Positions 1 to 9,558 of a stretch of DNA of 64,000 nt are shown in pieces. The position numbers were made by a program, and so were the translations under genes. This DNA comes from Candidatus Brockarchaeota archaeon (GTDB taxonomy: Archaea; Thermoproteota; EX4484-205; JAAOZP01). Position 1 is the stretch's first letter, and every line of letters starts with the position of its first letter. The stretch is taken from NCBI GenBank assembly GCA_017601245.1, contig JAFNJB010000055.1, positions 56,455 through 120,454 on the forward strand. The letters run 5' to 3'. The notes beneath the pieces are model-generated. The model searched no databases. It worked only from the letters and a program-made list of their open reading frames with translations, and was not told the DNA's origin.

Positions 1-2071
1 GTCTGTCAAGTATTATTGACGGTGAGATTACTCTCTCAACCATAACCCGATACGGGTCTCTACTCACCGGAACTGTTAAGCCCACTTCGGAAAGCACTAT
101 TGACCCGACGATTTTAGATAATGCTCTATTGCCAAGGTCGCCGAGGCAGGCATGTATAATCGTATAATCTCCCCATTTCTCGAGGACTATTCTCCTATCT
201 GTACCTACTGGTATCCCTTTTTCGAGACATTCTAAAATTGGTTTGATGACCTTAATGGCGAAATCTTTTTCGACACCGTATTTCTCAGCTATTTCACCAG
301 CTATCTCCTCTTGCCTAAGTCCCCTTAGATACTCTTCTTCAACAAATCTTCTAAGAGCCCCAACTTCCATCGCGGTTTCATAGGTCACGGGTATTTCCTC
401 ACCGGTCCAGAAAGGTACTGCGCCCAGAGGGTCTTCCGCCCTTTTTACAATAACTTTACCGTTGAAAACCTGTATTATCGACCATACTAGGCCTCCCATT
501 ACAAACTTGGTACCGGGGAGGCCTTTTTCCGCAACGAATTCTTCGTCAAGATTCCCGACGACGAGATTTTCTTCTTCGCAGAAGACAGGATATTGATTAA
601 CCTCCGGTATGCTCGATATGTGCTCGAAGAAGAATCTTATGAGCTCTCTTCTTCTACCCGGCCTTACGGTGTCGCTATGCTCATCGAGAATCAGCAGTTT
701 AGGATATTGCGAAGAGAGAAAATCTAGTACTCTCTTGAACTCCTCTACGGAGATCTTTGAATACGGCGTGCTTTTCTTAACGAGTTTAAACATTTCTTCC
801 ATATTGTAATGGCTTTTCTCTAAAAGCATCCCAACTACTTGATGTGCGAGAATATCGTAAGGAGCCTCCGGGGGTGAGACAGGCTCGTAAATACTGTTCA
901 AAGCCCTCCTCCTTATAACCATTGATTCGATAGCATCGTCCTCATCCATACATAAGACCATTCCACGGGAGGTTAAGCCAATCCTGTGACCGCTTCTCCC
1001 AATCCTCTGTATGAGCCTAGAGGCCTGTCTAGGAGAGCCGTATTGAATTACGAAATCTATCAGACCGATGTCTATACCGAGCTCAAGGCTGGAAGTACAT
1101 ACTAGCCCTCTCAACTCTCCTTCTTTCAAACCCTCTTCAGCCTTGACCCTAGCCTCCACGCCAAGCGATCCGTGATGGATTGAAACAGGGGTTGGAAGGT
1201 TCATTACTAGAAGCCTGTTTGAAAGCGCTTCAGCAGTAGCCCTAGTATTTGTGAAGAGCAATAATGCGTTACTTCTGCCAAGCGTTTCCTTAACTACTCT
1301 CAACCTTGCCGCTACTTCCGGGGTTGTTAAAAGTCTCTCAGCAAGTAAATAGTCTTCATCGATAACTTCTGGAAGCACAAGGTTTATTTCAATATCCTTG
1401 GGGACCGGTGTTACAATGACCTTGAAGCTTTCTTCTGATCCTACGAGGAAGCGCGCAAGTTGCTCTGGCTCACCTATCGTTGCAGAAAGTCCTATGATCT
1501 GTATCTTCCCTCCTACAAGACTCTTCAACCTCTCTAGGCCGAGTGAAAGTTGGCTTCCTCTCTTATCGGAAGCAAGCTCGTGAAGCTCATCTACCACGAC
1601 CCACCTAACAGTTTTCAAATGGTTTCTGAGCCTAGAACCTATTAAAAGTATTTGGAACGTCTCCGGAGTTGTTATGAGAATATGAGGAGGGCTTAGTGAC
1701 TGTATCCTCCTTTGAGAAGAAGACGTGTCCCCGTGTCTTACAGAAATCTTGAAGTCAAGCCTACTCGCCCACCAGCTTATCCTTTCAACCAGATCCCTGT
1801 TTAAAGCCCTAAGCGGGGTTATATAGAGCATGAAAATACCGTTCTTAAAATTAACCCTCTCCCTAACCATTGCGCTTAAAATAGGCAGTAGGGCTGCCTC
1901 AGTCTTCCCTATTCCAGTCGGAGCCACTATTAGAACATTGTTTCCGTCAATTATCTCGGGTATTGCCCTAATCTGAGGTTCTGTTAAAGGCATTAGCCCT
2001 TTCTCTAAAACAAGCTTTACGACAGGCTCGGCAAGCATCGAAACGACTTCTTCGCTAGATAAGCTTTTCAC
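1..2071 (-). CDS. lhr: Lhr-family DEAD/DEAH-box SF2 helicase (3' end runs off the window; missing from ORF track)
   Basis: Manual translation from GTG at 2071: VKSLSSEEVVSMLAEP...LTEPQIRAIPEIIDGNNVLIVAPTGIGKTEAALLP (Q-motif and Walker A), then VVVDELHELASDKRG (motif II DELH with the Lhr KRG signature). The frame appears open to the window edge. Confidence 0.93.
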   Translation of the reverse strand, partial: MKSLSSEEVVSMLAEPVVKLVLEKGLMPLTEPQIRAIPEIIDGNNVLIVAPTGIGKTEAALLPILSAMVRERVNFKNGIFMLYITPLRALNRDLVERISWWASRLDFKISVRHGDTSSSQRRIQSLSPPHILITTPETFQILLIGSRLRNHLKTVRWVVVDELHELASDKRGSQLSLGLERLKSLVGGKIQIIGLSATIGEPEQLARFLVGSEESFKVIVTPVPKDIEINLVLPEVIDEDYLLAERLLTTPEVAARLRVVKETLGRSNALLLFTNTRATAEALSNRLLVMNLPTPVSIHHGSLGVEARVKAEEGLKEGELRGLVCTSSLELGIDIGLIDFVIQYGSPRQASRLIQRIGRSGHRIGLTSRGMVLCMDEDDAIESMVIRRRALNSIYEPVSPPEAPYDILAHQVVGMLLEKSHYNMEEMFKLVKKSTPYSKISVEEFKRVLDFLSSQYPKLLILDEHSDTVRPGRRRELIRFFFEHISSIPEVNQYPVFCEEENLVVGNLDEEFVAEKGLPGTKFVMGGLVWSIIQVFNGKVIVKRAEDPLGAVPFWTGEEIPVTYETAMEVGALRRFVEEEYLRGLRQEEIAGEIAEKYGVEKDFAIKVIKPILECLEKGIPVGTDRRIVLEKWGDYTIIHACLGDLGNRALSKIVGSIVLSEVGLTVPVSRDPYRVMVERVISPSIILDR

Positions 2072-2138
2072 AAGGAATGACTTAAGCATTTAGTTGAAAA
2101 ACATTCCCTTTCAATCATAAAACAGCTTCTAATGTAAA

Positions 2139-2771
2139 CTACCATAGAGAACTAATGCCTTCCAACAGAAAGGAGGCCCCTATTACTACTATTGCAAGAT
2201 TACATGCCGTTATAAGAATCTTCAAGCCTTTCCCCCTAAGGCTCCTGGCACCACTAGCCATTAGCCCGGAAATGGACCCTAGGACCACTAAGTCACCTAT
2301 TTCGTGACTAATATAGAATAGTACTACCCCCACTAGGCCCCATGCTAACGATTTAGAAATGTAGGCTGCTCCTATGGTAAGCCACCATGTAATCCAGTAT
2401 GGGTTTGAAACAGATATGGTCGCGCCCAGTAGAACCGTGGTTGGGGAACGATGAGTTTTAACAATGCCTCCAGCCTCAACACTCTCCCTTTTCTTTGCAA
2501 GAGATAAAACACCAGTCAATATCAGTACGATACCGCCAACTATGCCTATTAAAGGATAATACTCCTTTTCAACGTGGAGTAAACCGTATGTCAGCATTAT
2601 GGTGATGGGTGCTTCTGCCAGAGCATGCCCAAGCGACAGTAATAAACCCGGTTTGAAACTTTTCATGGAGGAGGATTCTCTAATAGTCGTAACCATTAAA
2701 GGACCTGGAGCAAGAGCTCCTGAAAGTGAAACTAAAAAGGAGGTTAAGGGTATTTCCATTAGACTATTCAA
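2139..2771 (-). CDS. LysE/RhtB-family amino acid exporter
   Basis: N-terminal SGALAPGP, GHALAE and SNPYWITWW motifs; about 6 hydrophobic helices. Confidence 0.88.
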   Translation of the reverse strand: MNSLMEIPLTSFLVSLSGALAPGPLMVTTIRESSSMKSFKPGLLLSLGHALAEAPITIMLTYGLLHVEKEYYPLIGIVGGIVLILTGVLSLAKKRESVEAGGIVKTHRSPTTVLLGATISVSNPYWITWWLTIGAAYISKSLAWGLVGVVLFYISHEIGDLVVLGSISGLMASGARSLRGKGLKILITACNLAIVVIGASFLLEGISSLW

Positions 2772-2785
2772 AATTCTTCAACCCT

Positions 2786-3616
2786 TCAAACATTTTTCTT
2801 CAACATCATCTCACCATAATTAACGGTGAATATTTTCGGCATTCGCCTCTTATGCCGATTTCGCTTCACCCTCTCCATAACCTTCCTCACAGTTTCTAGA
2901 GGAACCTTTAAAGTCCTCTCGATTTCTTTTTCACTAAGGCCCTTTTCAAACCTCAGGTAGAGTATTGCATCCAATGTGTCATAGTCGATTCCAATTTCTC
3001 CTTCTGCAGTCTGGCCTGGCCAAAGAGCTGGTGAAGCCGGTTTATTACGTATTTTTTCAGGTACTCCAAGATGCTCGGCTAATTGTCTAACCATGGTCTT
3101 ATAAAGCCCTCCTATTGGAAATAGGTCTGCACCACCGTCGCCATACTTAGTGAAATAGCCTATAAGTATCTCGCTTTTATCACCCGTGCCTATTACCAAG
3201 CCCTTGTTGACAGCAGCCTCGTGATACAGGATGATCATCCTACTCCTGGCCATTATATTCCCTTTCTCAACCCTACCCATCTGCCCTAGAATATTCTCGA
3301 AAACATCTACAATAGGATCTATGCTGATAAGCCTCCAATTACCCTCCGGTATGTTCAGCTGTTTAACGATTGTCTTCGCATCTTCAACATCTTCCTGTGG
3401 CGTAGCTTTAGAAGGCAGTATGTATAGTCTGATGTATTCCCTTCCCAATGCCCTTACAGCTAAATGGGCGACAACGCTACTATCAAGACCACCTGAGAGT
3501 CCTATTACACCCGTTCTCTTACTTGCATCTTCAAAATATTTTCTTATGCTATCAGTCAAGTATTCGACAACTCTATTGTAGTCGAGCTTTGGCAGGATTT
3601 CACTGGTTCTTCCCAT
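2786..3616 (-). CDS. nadE: NH3-dependent NAD+ synthetase
   Basis: GLSGGLDS PP-loop, GNIMARSRM, GYFTKYGDG, KPASPALWPGQTAEGEIG. Confidence 0.96.
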   Translation of the reverse strand: MGRTSEILPKLDYNRVVEYLTDSIRKYFEDASKRTGVIGLSGGLDSSVVAHLAVRALGREYIRLYILPSKATPQEDVEDAKTIVKQLNIPEGNWRLISIDPIVDVFENILGQMGRVEKGNIMARSRMIILYHEAAVNKGLVIGTGDKSEILIGYFTKYGDGGADLFPIGGLYKTMVRQLAEHLGVPEKIRNKPASPALWPGQTAEGEIGIDYDTLDAILYLRFEKGLSEKEIERTLKVPLETVRKVMERVKRNRHKRRMPKIFTVNYGEMMLKKNV

Positions 3617-3671
3617 CGGGTTTCACGTATTACCCTTTAATATAAACCTTGAACCTAATCCAATTTCCATT

Positions 3672-4193
3672 TTACAACCCGCTGATCAAATCGTAGATTC
3701 CAACTATGGTCTTAGCATCCTTAATGGTGCCGTCTCTCACCATTCTCAATGCTTCTTCCACAGTCACTTCTAATACTTCTACATCCTCGTCTGGCTCTGG
3801 GCTCTGGCTCTTCTTATTCAATCCCCTTGCTATGAAAAGCGTTATCTTCTCTGTCGAATACCCCGGCGCCAGGTAGAATCTCCTCACCATTTTCAAAGAC
3901 TCTGCCTCATATCCCGTTTCCTCTAAAAGCTCTCTCCTAGCGCATTCTTCTTCGCCTTCCCCCTCATTCAGTGTTCCAGCAGGTGCTTCTATAAGAGTCT
4001 CCCTCGCCGGAAGCCTGTATTGTCTGACTAAAACTATTTTTCCATCGTCTTTTATAGGAATTATTACGACGGCACCCGGGTGCTCTACAACCTCCCTAAT
4101 CGTCTCAACACCGTTAATCGAAACGCGGTACCTAACGAGGGATAATAGCCTCCCCGTATATGCTTTCTCCATATCTAAGACCATCTCCGGCAT
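3672..4193 (-). CDS. Nudix hydrolase, ADP-ribose pyrophosphatase type
   Basis: Nudix box GTLNEGEGEEECARRELLEETG; REVVEHPGAV, RQYR and IKDAKT ADPRase signatures; lies upstream of nadE on the same strand. Confidence 0.9.
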   Translation of the reverse strand: MPEMVLDMEKAYTGRLLSLVRYRVSINGVETIREVVEHPGAVVIIPIKDDGKIVLVRQYRLPARETLIEAPAGTLNEGEGEEECARRELLEETGYEAESLKMVRRFYLAPGYSTEKITLFIARGLNKKSQSPEPDEDVEVLEVTVEEALRMVRDGTIKDAKTIVGIYDLISGL

Positions 4194-4261
4194 GTTTCAA
4201 AGAGGGAAAGAATTAGACAATAAACTTTTATCTACACTAATCATATCTATGTTTCCTAAGC

Positions 4262-4828
4262 TTGATGGTTATTGAAAAACAAGAAGCTGATTACAGAAGG
4301 CAGGGAGGCGAAGTACAATTATTGCCTCTACACACAAAATGGGGATTGTTTCCTATTACCGTCCTAATCTTCTCTTTAACTTTTATACTTTCTTCGATGA
4401 TTCCCATTGAAAAGAGCTTGGCTGAAGAAATAATGGTATCTCTTAAAGAGCAATTCTTGAATTCTAACCTGATAGTTGTTTTCCTAAACAATCTCCTACT
4501 AAGTCTCGTCATGATGATACCCGTATTTGGCTTCGTATTCAGTATTTTCTCATCGTCTCTCAATGGTACGGCAATTTCCGCAATTTCAATTGTAACGGGC
4601 TCCCCTCCGCTTCATATTGCAATAAAACTCCTTTCAAACCCAGGGGTTATTCTTGAAATTCTTGCTTTTGGGTTAGCATCTGCGCAGAGCCTTGCTGGCT
4701 TCTTCGCAATAGTTGAGAAAAGGTTTAGGAGGGAACTTAAAGAATACTTAACGACGATAGTAGTAGTCATAGGTTTGTTACTAATATCCGCTTTATTAGA
4801 AATGTTTTTTCAAACAATCTCCTCATGA
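4262..4828 (+). CDS. Stage II sporulation protein M (DUF95)-like membrane protein
   Basis: VFLNNL, LNG, PGVILE and LLISALLE pattern; multi-pass hydrophobic. Start codon uncertain. Confidence 0.7.
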   Translation: MMVIEKQEADYRRQGGEVQLLPLHTKWGLFPITVLIFSLTFILSSMIPIEKSLAEEIMVSLKEQFLNSNLIVVFLNNLLLSLVMMIPVFGFVFSIFSSSLNGTAISAISIVTGSPPLHIAIKLLSNPGVILEILAFGLASAQSLAGFFAIVEKRFRRELKEYLTTIVVVIGLLLISALLEMFFQTISS

Positions 4829-5496
4829 TAAGAATACTTTTCTCAGACCTAGATGGAACGCTTGTTGAAGAAGAAAGCAGTTGGAGGCTAGTTCATCGTT
4901 TTCTCGGTACTGACCATATCGCTGCAAGAGCTCTAGAAAGGTTTTCAAGAGGGGAAATAAACTACGAAGAGTTTGTAGAACATGATGTGAACCTCTGGCC
5001 CAAAAGACTTCCAAAATCCTTTTTTGAATACATCTTTTCCAAAGTTAGGATAAGGCCAGGTGCTAAGAACCTATTTAAACAGCTTAAGGATTTGGGGGTT
5101 AAGAGGGTAATAGTTACAAGCGGACTCAACGTATTAGCAGAAAGGATATGTAGAGAATTAGAGGTTGATGAATGTATCTCCAATGAGATGATTTTCGATG
5201 AAAATGGGTTATTCACCGGAAACGTTATAGTTAACGTAGATCCTTCTAATAAGGCTAAGGTTCTAGAGGACGTGTGTAGGAAATATTCTATTCCTTTAAA
5301 AGATTCCATCGCAATAGGCGATACAAGGTACGATGAAAGCATGTTTAGAATTGCAGGTTTGTCTATACTTTTATATAAAAAGCGGGGACAGAGCATACCC
5401 CTTGAAAAATCTAGAGCAAGTTATGTTGTGGACAGCCTTGAAGAAGCGACAAAAATACTAATCAATCTTATTGAAAAAGAAAAAGGATTAAAATAG
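4825..5496 (+). CDS. HAD-superfamily phosphatase (phosphoserine phosphatase-like, subfamily IB)
   Basis: Motif I DLDGTL, motif II VTSG, Lys in NKA, motif IV GDTRYD; overlaps the upstream gene by 4 nt. Confidence 0.88.
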   Translation: MIRILFSDLDGTLVEEESSWRLVHRFLGTDHIAARALERFSRGEINYEEFVEHDVNLWPKRLPKSFFEYIFSKVRIRPGAKNLFKQLKDLGVKRVIVTSGLNVLAERICRELEVDECISNEMIFDENGLFTGNVIVNVDPSNKAKVLEDVCRKYSIPLKDSIAIGDTRYDESMFRIAGLSILLYKKRGQSIPLEKSRASYVVDSLEEATKILINLIEKEKGLK

Positions 5497-5497
5497 C

Positions 5498-5647
5498 CTA
5501 TTTCTTAGCTTTTTTAGCCTTCTTAGCCTTCTTGGTCTTCTTAGCCTTTGGTTTTGCCTTAGCCTTCTTAGCCTTCTTAGGAGGTGCTTCAGGTGCTGCA
5601 GGTGCTGCTGCAGCAGGAGCCTCTCCCCCAGTACCTGCTTCGCTCAT
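5498..5647 (-). CDS. Unannotated 49-aa Ala/Pro/Lys-rich basic peptide, histone H1-like
   Basis: ATG at 5647, TAG at 5498-5500: MSEAGTGGEAPAAAAPAAPEAPPKKAKKAKAKPKAKKTKKAKKAKKAKK. It fills most of the intergenic gap, and a TATA box lies 24-32 nt upstream of the ATG. Confidence 0.85.
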   Translation of the reverse strand: MSEAGTGGEAPAAAAPAAPEAPPKKAKKAKAKPKAKKTKKAKKAKKAKK

Positions 5648-5670
5648 GATAAAATATTTTCTTTCCAGTC

Positions 5671-5684
5671 ATATATAAATCTTT
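5671..5684 (-). promoter_or_regulatory. BRE/TATA promoter of the 49-aa basic peptide (leaderless spacing)
   Basis: Minus strand reads AAAGA-TTTATATAT, ending 24 nt before the ATG at 5647. Confidence 0.7.
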
Positions 5685-5698
5685 AATACAATTCAAGC

Positions 5699-6244
5699 TT
5701 ACTTCCTACTTTCCAAAGCCTCAAGTATTAATGAGACAGCGTTTTCAAACGATATCCTGGAGGTGTTTATCATTAGGTCATACAGTAGTGGGTCTTTCCA
5801 GTTCCTATGGAAAAGCTTCTCCACCAGACTATTCCTATCTATGTCTGAAGCCTTAATGTCTTCTTCAATCTGCTTAAGGTCCTCGGTCTTCCTCCTCTCA
5901 GCAAGATGCTTAACCCTATCATTCATATCCCTATACAGAAATACTCTAAGGTCTGCCTCATGCGCTAAAGCCATGAGAGCACTCCTCCCCTCTATTATAG
6001 CTGGACCATTGTTTACTATATCCAAAACCATGCTGTAAAGGACTTTTTCTATCTCTATTTCTCCCGATATGGATTTATCAACGAGGGCTTTATAGCTGAG
6101 GGTCGGTGAAGACACTAAATTCCTTATAAGCCTCTCAGTATTGTGAACCTCCAAACCGAGTTTTTGAGAAAGCAATTCTCCAACCTCAGTACAGCCGGCT
6201 CCAAGTTCTCCAGCAATTAGAATAACAGGTTTAACTCTGCTCAT
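5699..6244 (-). CDS. Cytidylate kinase-like family protein
   Basis: Degenerate P-loop IAGELGAGCTE; IIEGRSA; DIDRNS...LYDLMINTS C-terminus typical of archaeal Cmk-like proteins. Confidence 0.75.
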   Translation of the reverse strand: MSRVKPVILIAGELGAGCTEVGELLSQKLGLEVHNTERLIRNLVSSPTLSYKALVDKSISGEIEIEKVLYSMVLDIVNNGPAIIEGRSALMALAHEADLRVFLYRDMNDRVKHLAERRKTEDLKQIEEDIKASDIDRNSLVEKLFHRNWKDPLLYDLMINTSRISFENAVSLILEALESRK

Positions 6245-6285
6245 TTATATTCAGCTTCGCTAACGCTTTTTTTTAAACGTTTCCT

Positions 6286-6729
6286 CTACTTCTTTAGATA
6301 CCTCCTAATGGCTAGTAGGGCCAATAATATGTAAACGGCTATGAAATATGGTGATAAGAGCACATGATTAACAGAATAATTGAGGTTTACTAACAAGTCC
6401 CGGTCTGCTTTAAATTCTAATGAGCGTCTACTACCATTAACGTTTTCAAGCTTATACCAGAATCCATAGTCGCTTACAACCTCGGGTTCTCCGGTAATGC
6501 GTAGATAGCTGCCTTTAGGAACCTTAAAAACTAGTGCTTTAGAGGAATTGACCTTCAGCTCCACTCCATACATGTTCGAAGATCCGTTTACATATACCCG
6601 AAAGGTTGATTTTGCAAAGGGGTCAATGGGCGATATATTAAGCACGACTGTAATGTTTACTGTCTCAATTTCGCTGACTGGTTGTAGGGATGCTAGCAGT
6701 ACGAGCACCAGTATTCCAGTTATATTCAA
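6286..6729 (-). CDS. Hypothetical secreted beta-rich protein with C-terminal membrane anchor
   Basis: Signal-peptide-like N-terminus, several N-x-S/T sequons, C-terminal TM helix followed by RRYLKK. Confidence 0.6.
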   Translation of the reverse strand: MNITGILVLVLLASLQPVSEIETVNITVVLNISPIDPFAKSTFRVYVNGSSNMYGVELKVNSSKALVFKVPKGSYLRITGEPEVVSDYGFWYKLENVNGSRRSLEFKADRDLLVNLNYSVNHVLLSPYFIAVYILLALLAIRRYLKK

Positions 6730-6791
6730 CGGGTCTTACAATCTAAACCTGAATATAATCCTTATTTTCCCCCGAATATTGATTCAGAATA

Positions 6792-7436
6792 ATGCTTAAA
6801 GATCCAAGTGAAACCGTTGAGTTTAAGCTGTTAAAGAGGCTTCTGGAGAATGGTCTTGTAATAAGCAGAGGCGAAGCTATGGAATACTGGGAGTTTTTTA
6901 GAAATCTTTTAACTAGGGGGGTTATATTTGAATATGAAGGCTGTTTCAAAGCTCTTCCTGAATGTTGCCTATTATTGCTTCAAAAATTGGTAGAATCTGG
7001 TTTTTGTCTGGAAACATTGTTTAAATCAGTAAACTGGAGAGGTTTTGAGAGGATTATTGCAGAAATATTCAGGTTTCACGGTTTTAAGGTTCGGGAGCAT
7101 TTCAGGTTCCATGTTGGAAAGGTTTTCAGAGAAATAGATGTCTTGGTTGAAACACCCTTGCTACTAATATCGGCAGACTGTAAACAATGGGTTAAGAGGA
7201 ACTATAGTCTTAAAACAGCCTGCAAGCTCCAGTTTGAAAGGTCAAGGCTATTGCTAAAATACCTTACTGAAAAAAAGAATATTTTAAAGGAGGTCTATCC
7301 CCTAGTTGTGACATTCTTGGACTCTGAAGCCATGTTCATGAACAACTGTATAGTCGTACCGGTTTGGAAGATAAGGAACATAGCTGAAGCACCGGAGATT
7401 CTAAAAACAATGGGGAAACCTGTTTCTCTATTCTAA
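6792..7436 (+). CDS. PD-(D/E)XK restriction-endonuclease-like nuclease (Mrr_cat/NERD-like)
   Basis: WRGFERIIAEIF (motif I), REIDVL (motif II), SADCKQW (D-x-K motif III). Confidence 0.75.
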   Translation: MLKDPSETVEFKLLKRLLENGLVISRGEAMEYWEFFRNLLTRGVIFEYEGCFKALPECCLLLLQKLVESGFCLETLFKSVNWRGFERIIAEIFRFHGFKVREHFRFHVGKVFREIDVLVETPLLLISADCKQWVKRNYSLKTACKLQFERSRLLLKYLTEKKNILKEVYPLVVTFLDSEAMFMNNCIVVPVWKIRNIAEAPEILKTMGKPVSLF

Positions 7437-8126
7437 TATCCACATTTCTCTAGATCGTGGGATAAAGAGTAGTTTCGCTTTTATTAGGAGCCTCTTCTCG
7501 TCCAGGGAGCCGTCTAATAGCAGTATGTCCCCGTGGATTAGGGGGATGTTTGCGTCAGCCATTGTCTTGAAGGTTTTAAAACCATTGTTAAAGTCAAATA
7601 TGGTGAGGCATTCGCCACCCTCCCTGTTATACTTGCTCATCATCCCGGTTTTAACAGGTATCTCTATGGAAAGGCTTTTCCTACTCCTTATTATTATTCC
7701 CTCGACTTTCCCAACGAGCCATTCTCCAGCTAAACCAGGTATTCCGGCCAGCCTATCTTCCACAGCCATCGTCAATTCTCTGCTAGGTATGTCTATCTCA
7801 AGAATGTAATCTGTGCCAGGAATGGGCTTGAACAACTCCATTGGGACTAGTGTTTTAATAACAGGTTTGAGGAAGGGTAGCATTACAGAATTGGCTATTG
7901 CCCTGCTTATCATTACGGAATCTTCATCCAGAAGCTCAGTGGCCTCAGGAGGAGGCCCTCTAAGTAGTCCACGTGCAGTATCAAGAGTATTCTGCAGAAT
8001 TTTAAGGTCTACCTGCTTATCAGGCTCATAGACCATTATCAATTCCGCCAGGCCTGCTGACCGGTATTCTTTCTTGACGAAACCAATCAATTCCCCTCCA
8101 TGCATGACTGGAGATCCTTCAACCAT
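7428..8126 (-). CDS. Hypothetical protein
   Basis: 232-aa ORF collinear with the cofE cluster; no motif recognised. Confidence 0.65.
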   Translation of the reverse strand: MVEGSPVMHGGELIGFVKKEYRSAGLAELIMVYEPDKQVDLKILQNTLDTARGLLRGPPPEATELLDEDSVMISRAIANSVMLPFLKPVIKTLVPMELFKPIPGTDYILEIDIPSRELTMAVEDRLAGIPGLAGEWLVGKVEGIIIRSRKSLSIEIPVKTGMMSKYNREGGECLTIFDFNNGFKTFKTMADANIPLIHGDILLLDGSLDEKRLLIKAKLLFIPRSREMWILE

Positions 8127-8188
8127 GCTTTCCGCAAGCAGCTTAGTATTATTAACGGTTTTCTTTAACCGTAGAAAATACTTTAAGA

Positions 8189-8941
8189 CTAAAGGAACAA
8201 TTCTCTCTTCCTAGGCCTCAAAATACTCCTAACCCCAAGCTCTGAAAAATCATACTCATAGCCTTTTATCAAAGAGCCTATTATTCCTTCAGACGAGCTT
8301 CCTGTCACAAGCTCGCTTGCAGCAGCCAGTTCGTCGACTACGGCAATACGTTTAAACCTTAAAACGTATCCGTAGAGATCCCTAGTTCCCCTGAGGTCCT
8401 TAAGCGGGGCTATGCCAGAGCATCCTATGGCCATGTTGACCTGGCCTATTCTAAAAGGCCTATCGAAGGAGTCGGTTATTATCACCCCAACCTTTACCCC
8501 CTCATCTAGGAATTGTCTCCTTATCACCTCTGCAACCTTATCCGGATTCCTAGGGTGGAAAGCCATACTCAAACCCCCATCCACATTTGAAACGTCAACT
8601 CCCGAGTTTGCACATATTATCCCGCTTCTGGTTCTTGTTATGAGTCGGGTTCCAACTAGTCTTATTATCTCCCTGCTTTCTCTTAGAATAATTTCAACCT
8701 CCTCGGGCGGCTTACGTATCCTGTCAGCTATTGCTAGGGCTAATGGACTGGGCTTAACCTGTTTAAAACTCACTACGCAACCAATGGCTTTAGATACTGC
8801 AACGTGAGTTAGAGTAACTATGTCCCCATTCTCCACGTTTACGCCTTCTTTTTTCAGGGAGTCTATCGTTATCTTAGCTAGGTTATCGCCCTTCTTTATG
8901 TCCCCATCGTATTTTATACCGAAAATCCTGATTTCCCTCAA
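8189..8941 (-). CDS. cofE: Coenzyme F420-0:gamma-L-glutamate ligase
   Basis: IKKGDNL, VSKA, CANSGVDVSN, VIITDSFDRPFRIGQVNMAIG, DLRGTRDLYG, VDELAAA. Confidence 0.92.
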   Translation of the reverse strand: MREIRIFGIKYDGDIKKGDNLAKITIDSLKKEGVNVENGDIVTLTHVAVSKAIGCVVSFKQVKPSPLALAIADRIRKPPEEVEIILRESREIIRLVGTRLITRTRSGIICANSGVDVSNVDGGLSMAFHPRNPDKVAEVIRRQFLDEGVKVGVIITDSFDRPFRIGQVNMAIGCSGIAPLKDLRGTRDLYGYVLRFKRIAVVDELAAASELVTGSSSEGIIGSLIKGYEYDFSELGVRSILRPRKRELFL

Positions 8942-9558
8942 AGCTTCCTACCCATTTTTGCAAGAATCTTCTCTACAAACTGTATGTCTGAAGCCCGGGT
9001 GATCCTTATGCTTGATAATAGCATCGGGTCAAGGTCTTTCATAGTAGAGTGAGCTAAGTACATTACTCTCCTAAGCTTCTCTACAATACCATTCATATTC
9101 TCCTCTTCCGTATTTTCAATGGCCTCAATTAGGCTCCTCCTATTGTATGCTGATAGAAACCAGTCGACCTCTCCCTTCGCATTCCTCGTGAGGACAGCGT
9201 CTCTTTTTTCACAGAGCTCTGTTAAGAGAGCAAGCAAGTCAACCGGTATTAAGGGAGCATTCGCAGGAGCTGTAATAACCACGTTTCCACGTGTAATACG
9301 CATACCCTCTCTTAGAATAGCTGGTATGTTATTAGAATTGCTTATTTCAACAATCTTGCAATCGTCGAAACCATACTCTGAAACAACCTTGTAGTAAGCT
9401 TCTATCGACCCCTTCAATACTGCTAAAACAACTTCTTCTGCAACTTCTCCGATATTCCTCACTACGTGAAGGAAAATGGGGTATTCTCCAAGCCTGTTAA
9501 ACTCGATGAAGTTCTCGCTAGTATAGCCAATTGCCATAATAAGACCGCTGGCCCTCAA
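8938..9558 (-). CDS. MobA-like NTP-transferase-fold protein with degenerate active-site motifs
   Basis: Overall MobA layout (GEYPIFLHVV, EEVVL, APLI, LSAYNR, ITRASDI), but the LAGG loop and C-D-x-P motif read IMAIG and ANAP. Confidence 0.6.
   Translation of the reverse strand: MRASGLIMAIGYTSENFIEFNRLGEYPIFLHVVRNIGEVAEEVVLAVLKGSIEAYYKVVSEYGFDDCKIVEISNSNNIPAILREGMRITRGNVVITAPANAPLIPVDLLALLTELCEKRDAVLTRNAKGEVDWFLSAYNRRSLIEAIENTEEENMNGIVEKLRRVMYLAHSTMKDLDPMLLSSIRITRASDIQFVEKILAKMGRKL

Noticed and set aside
609-1583. ORF-track entries 609-809 and 1398-1583, and the many similar 60-150 aa antisense ORFs across the window
   Set aside because: They are Ser/Leu/Ile-rich shadows on the opposite strand of well-supported genes (here lhr) and carry no motifs.
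5500-5580. CTTAGCCTT-type 9-bp tandem repeats as a CRISPR array or non-coding microsatellite
   Set aside because: There are no spacers; the periodicity is fully explained by Lys-Lys-Ala codons of the minus-strand 49-aa ORF.
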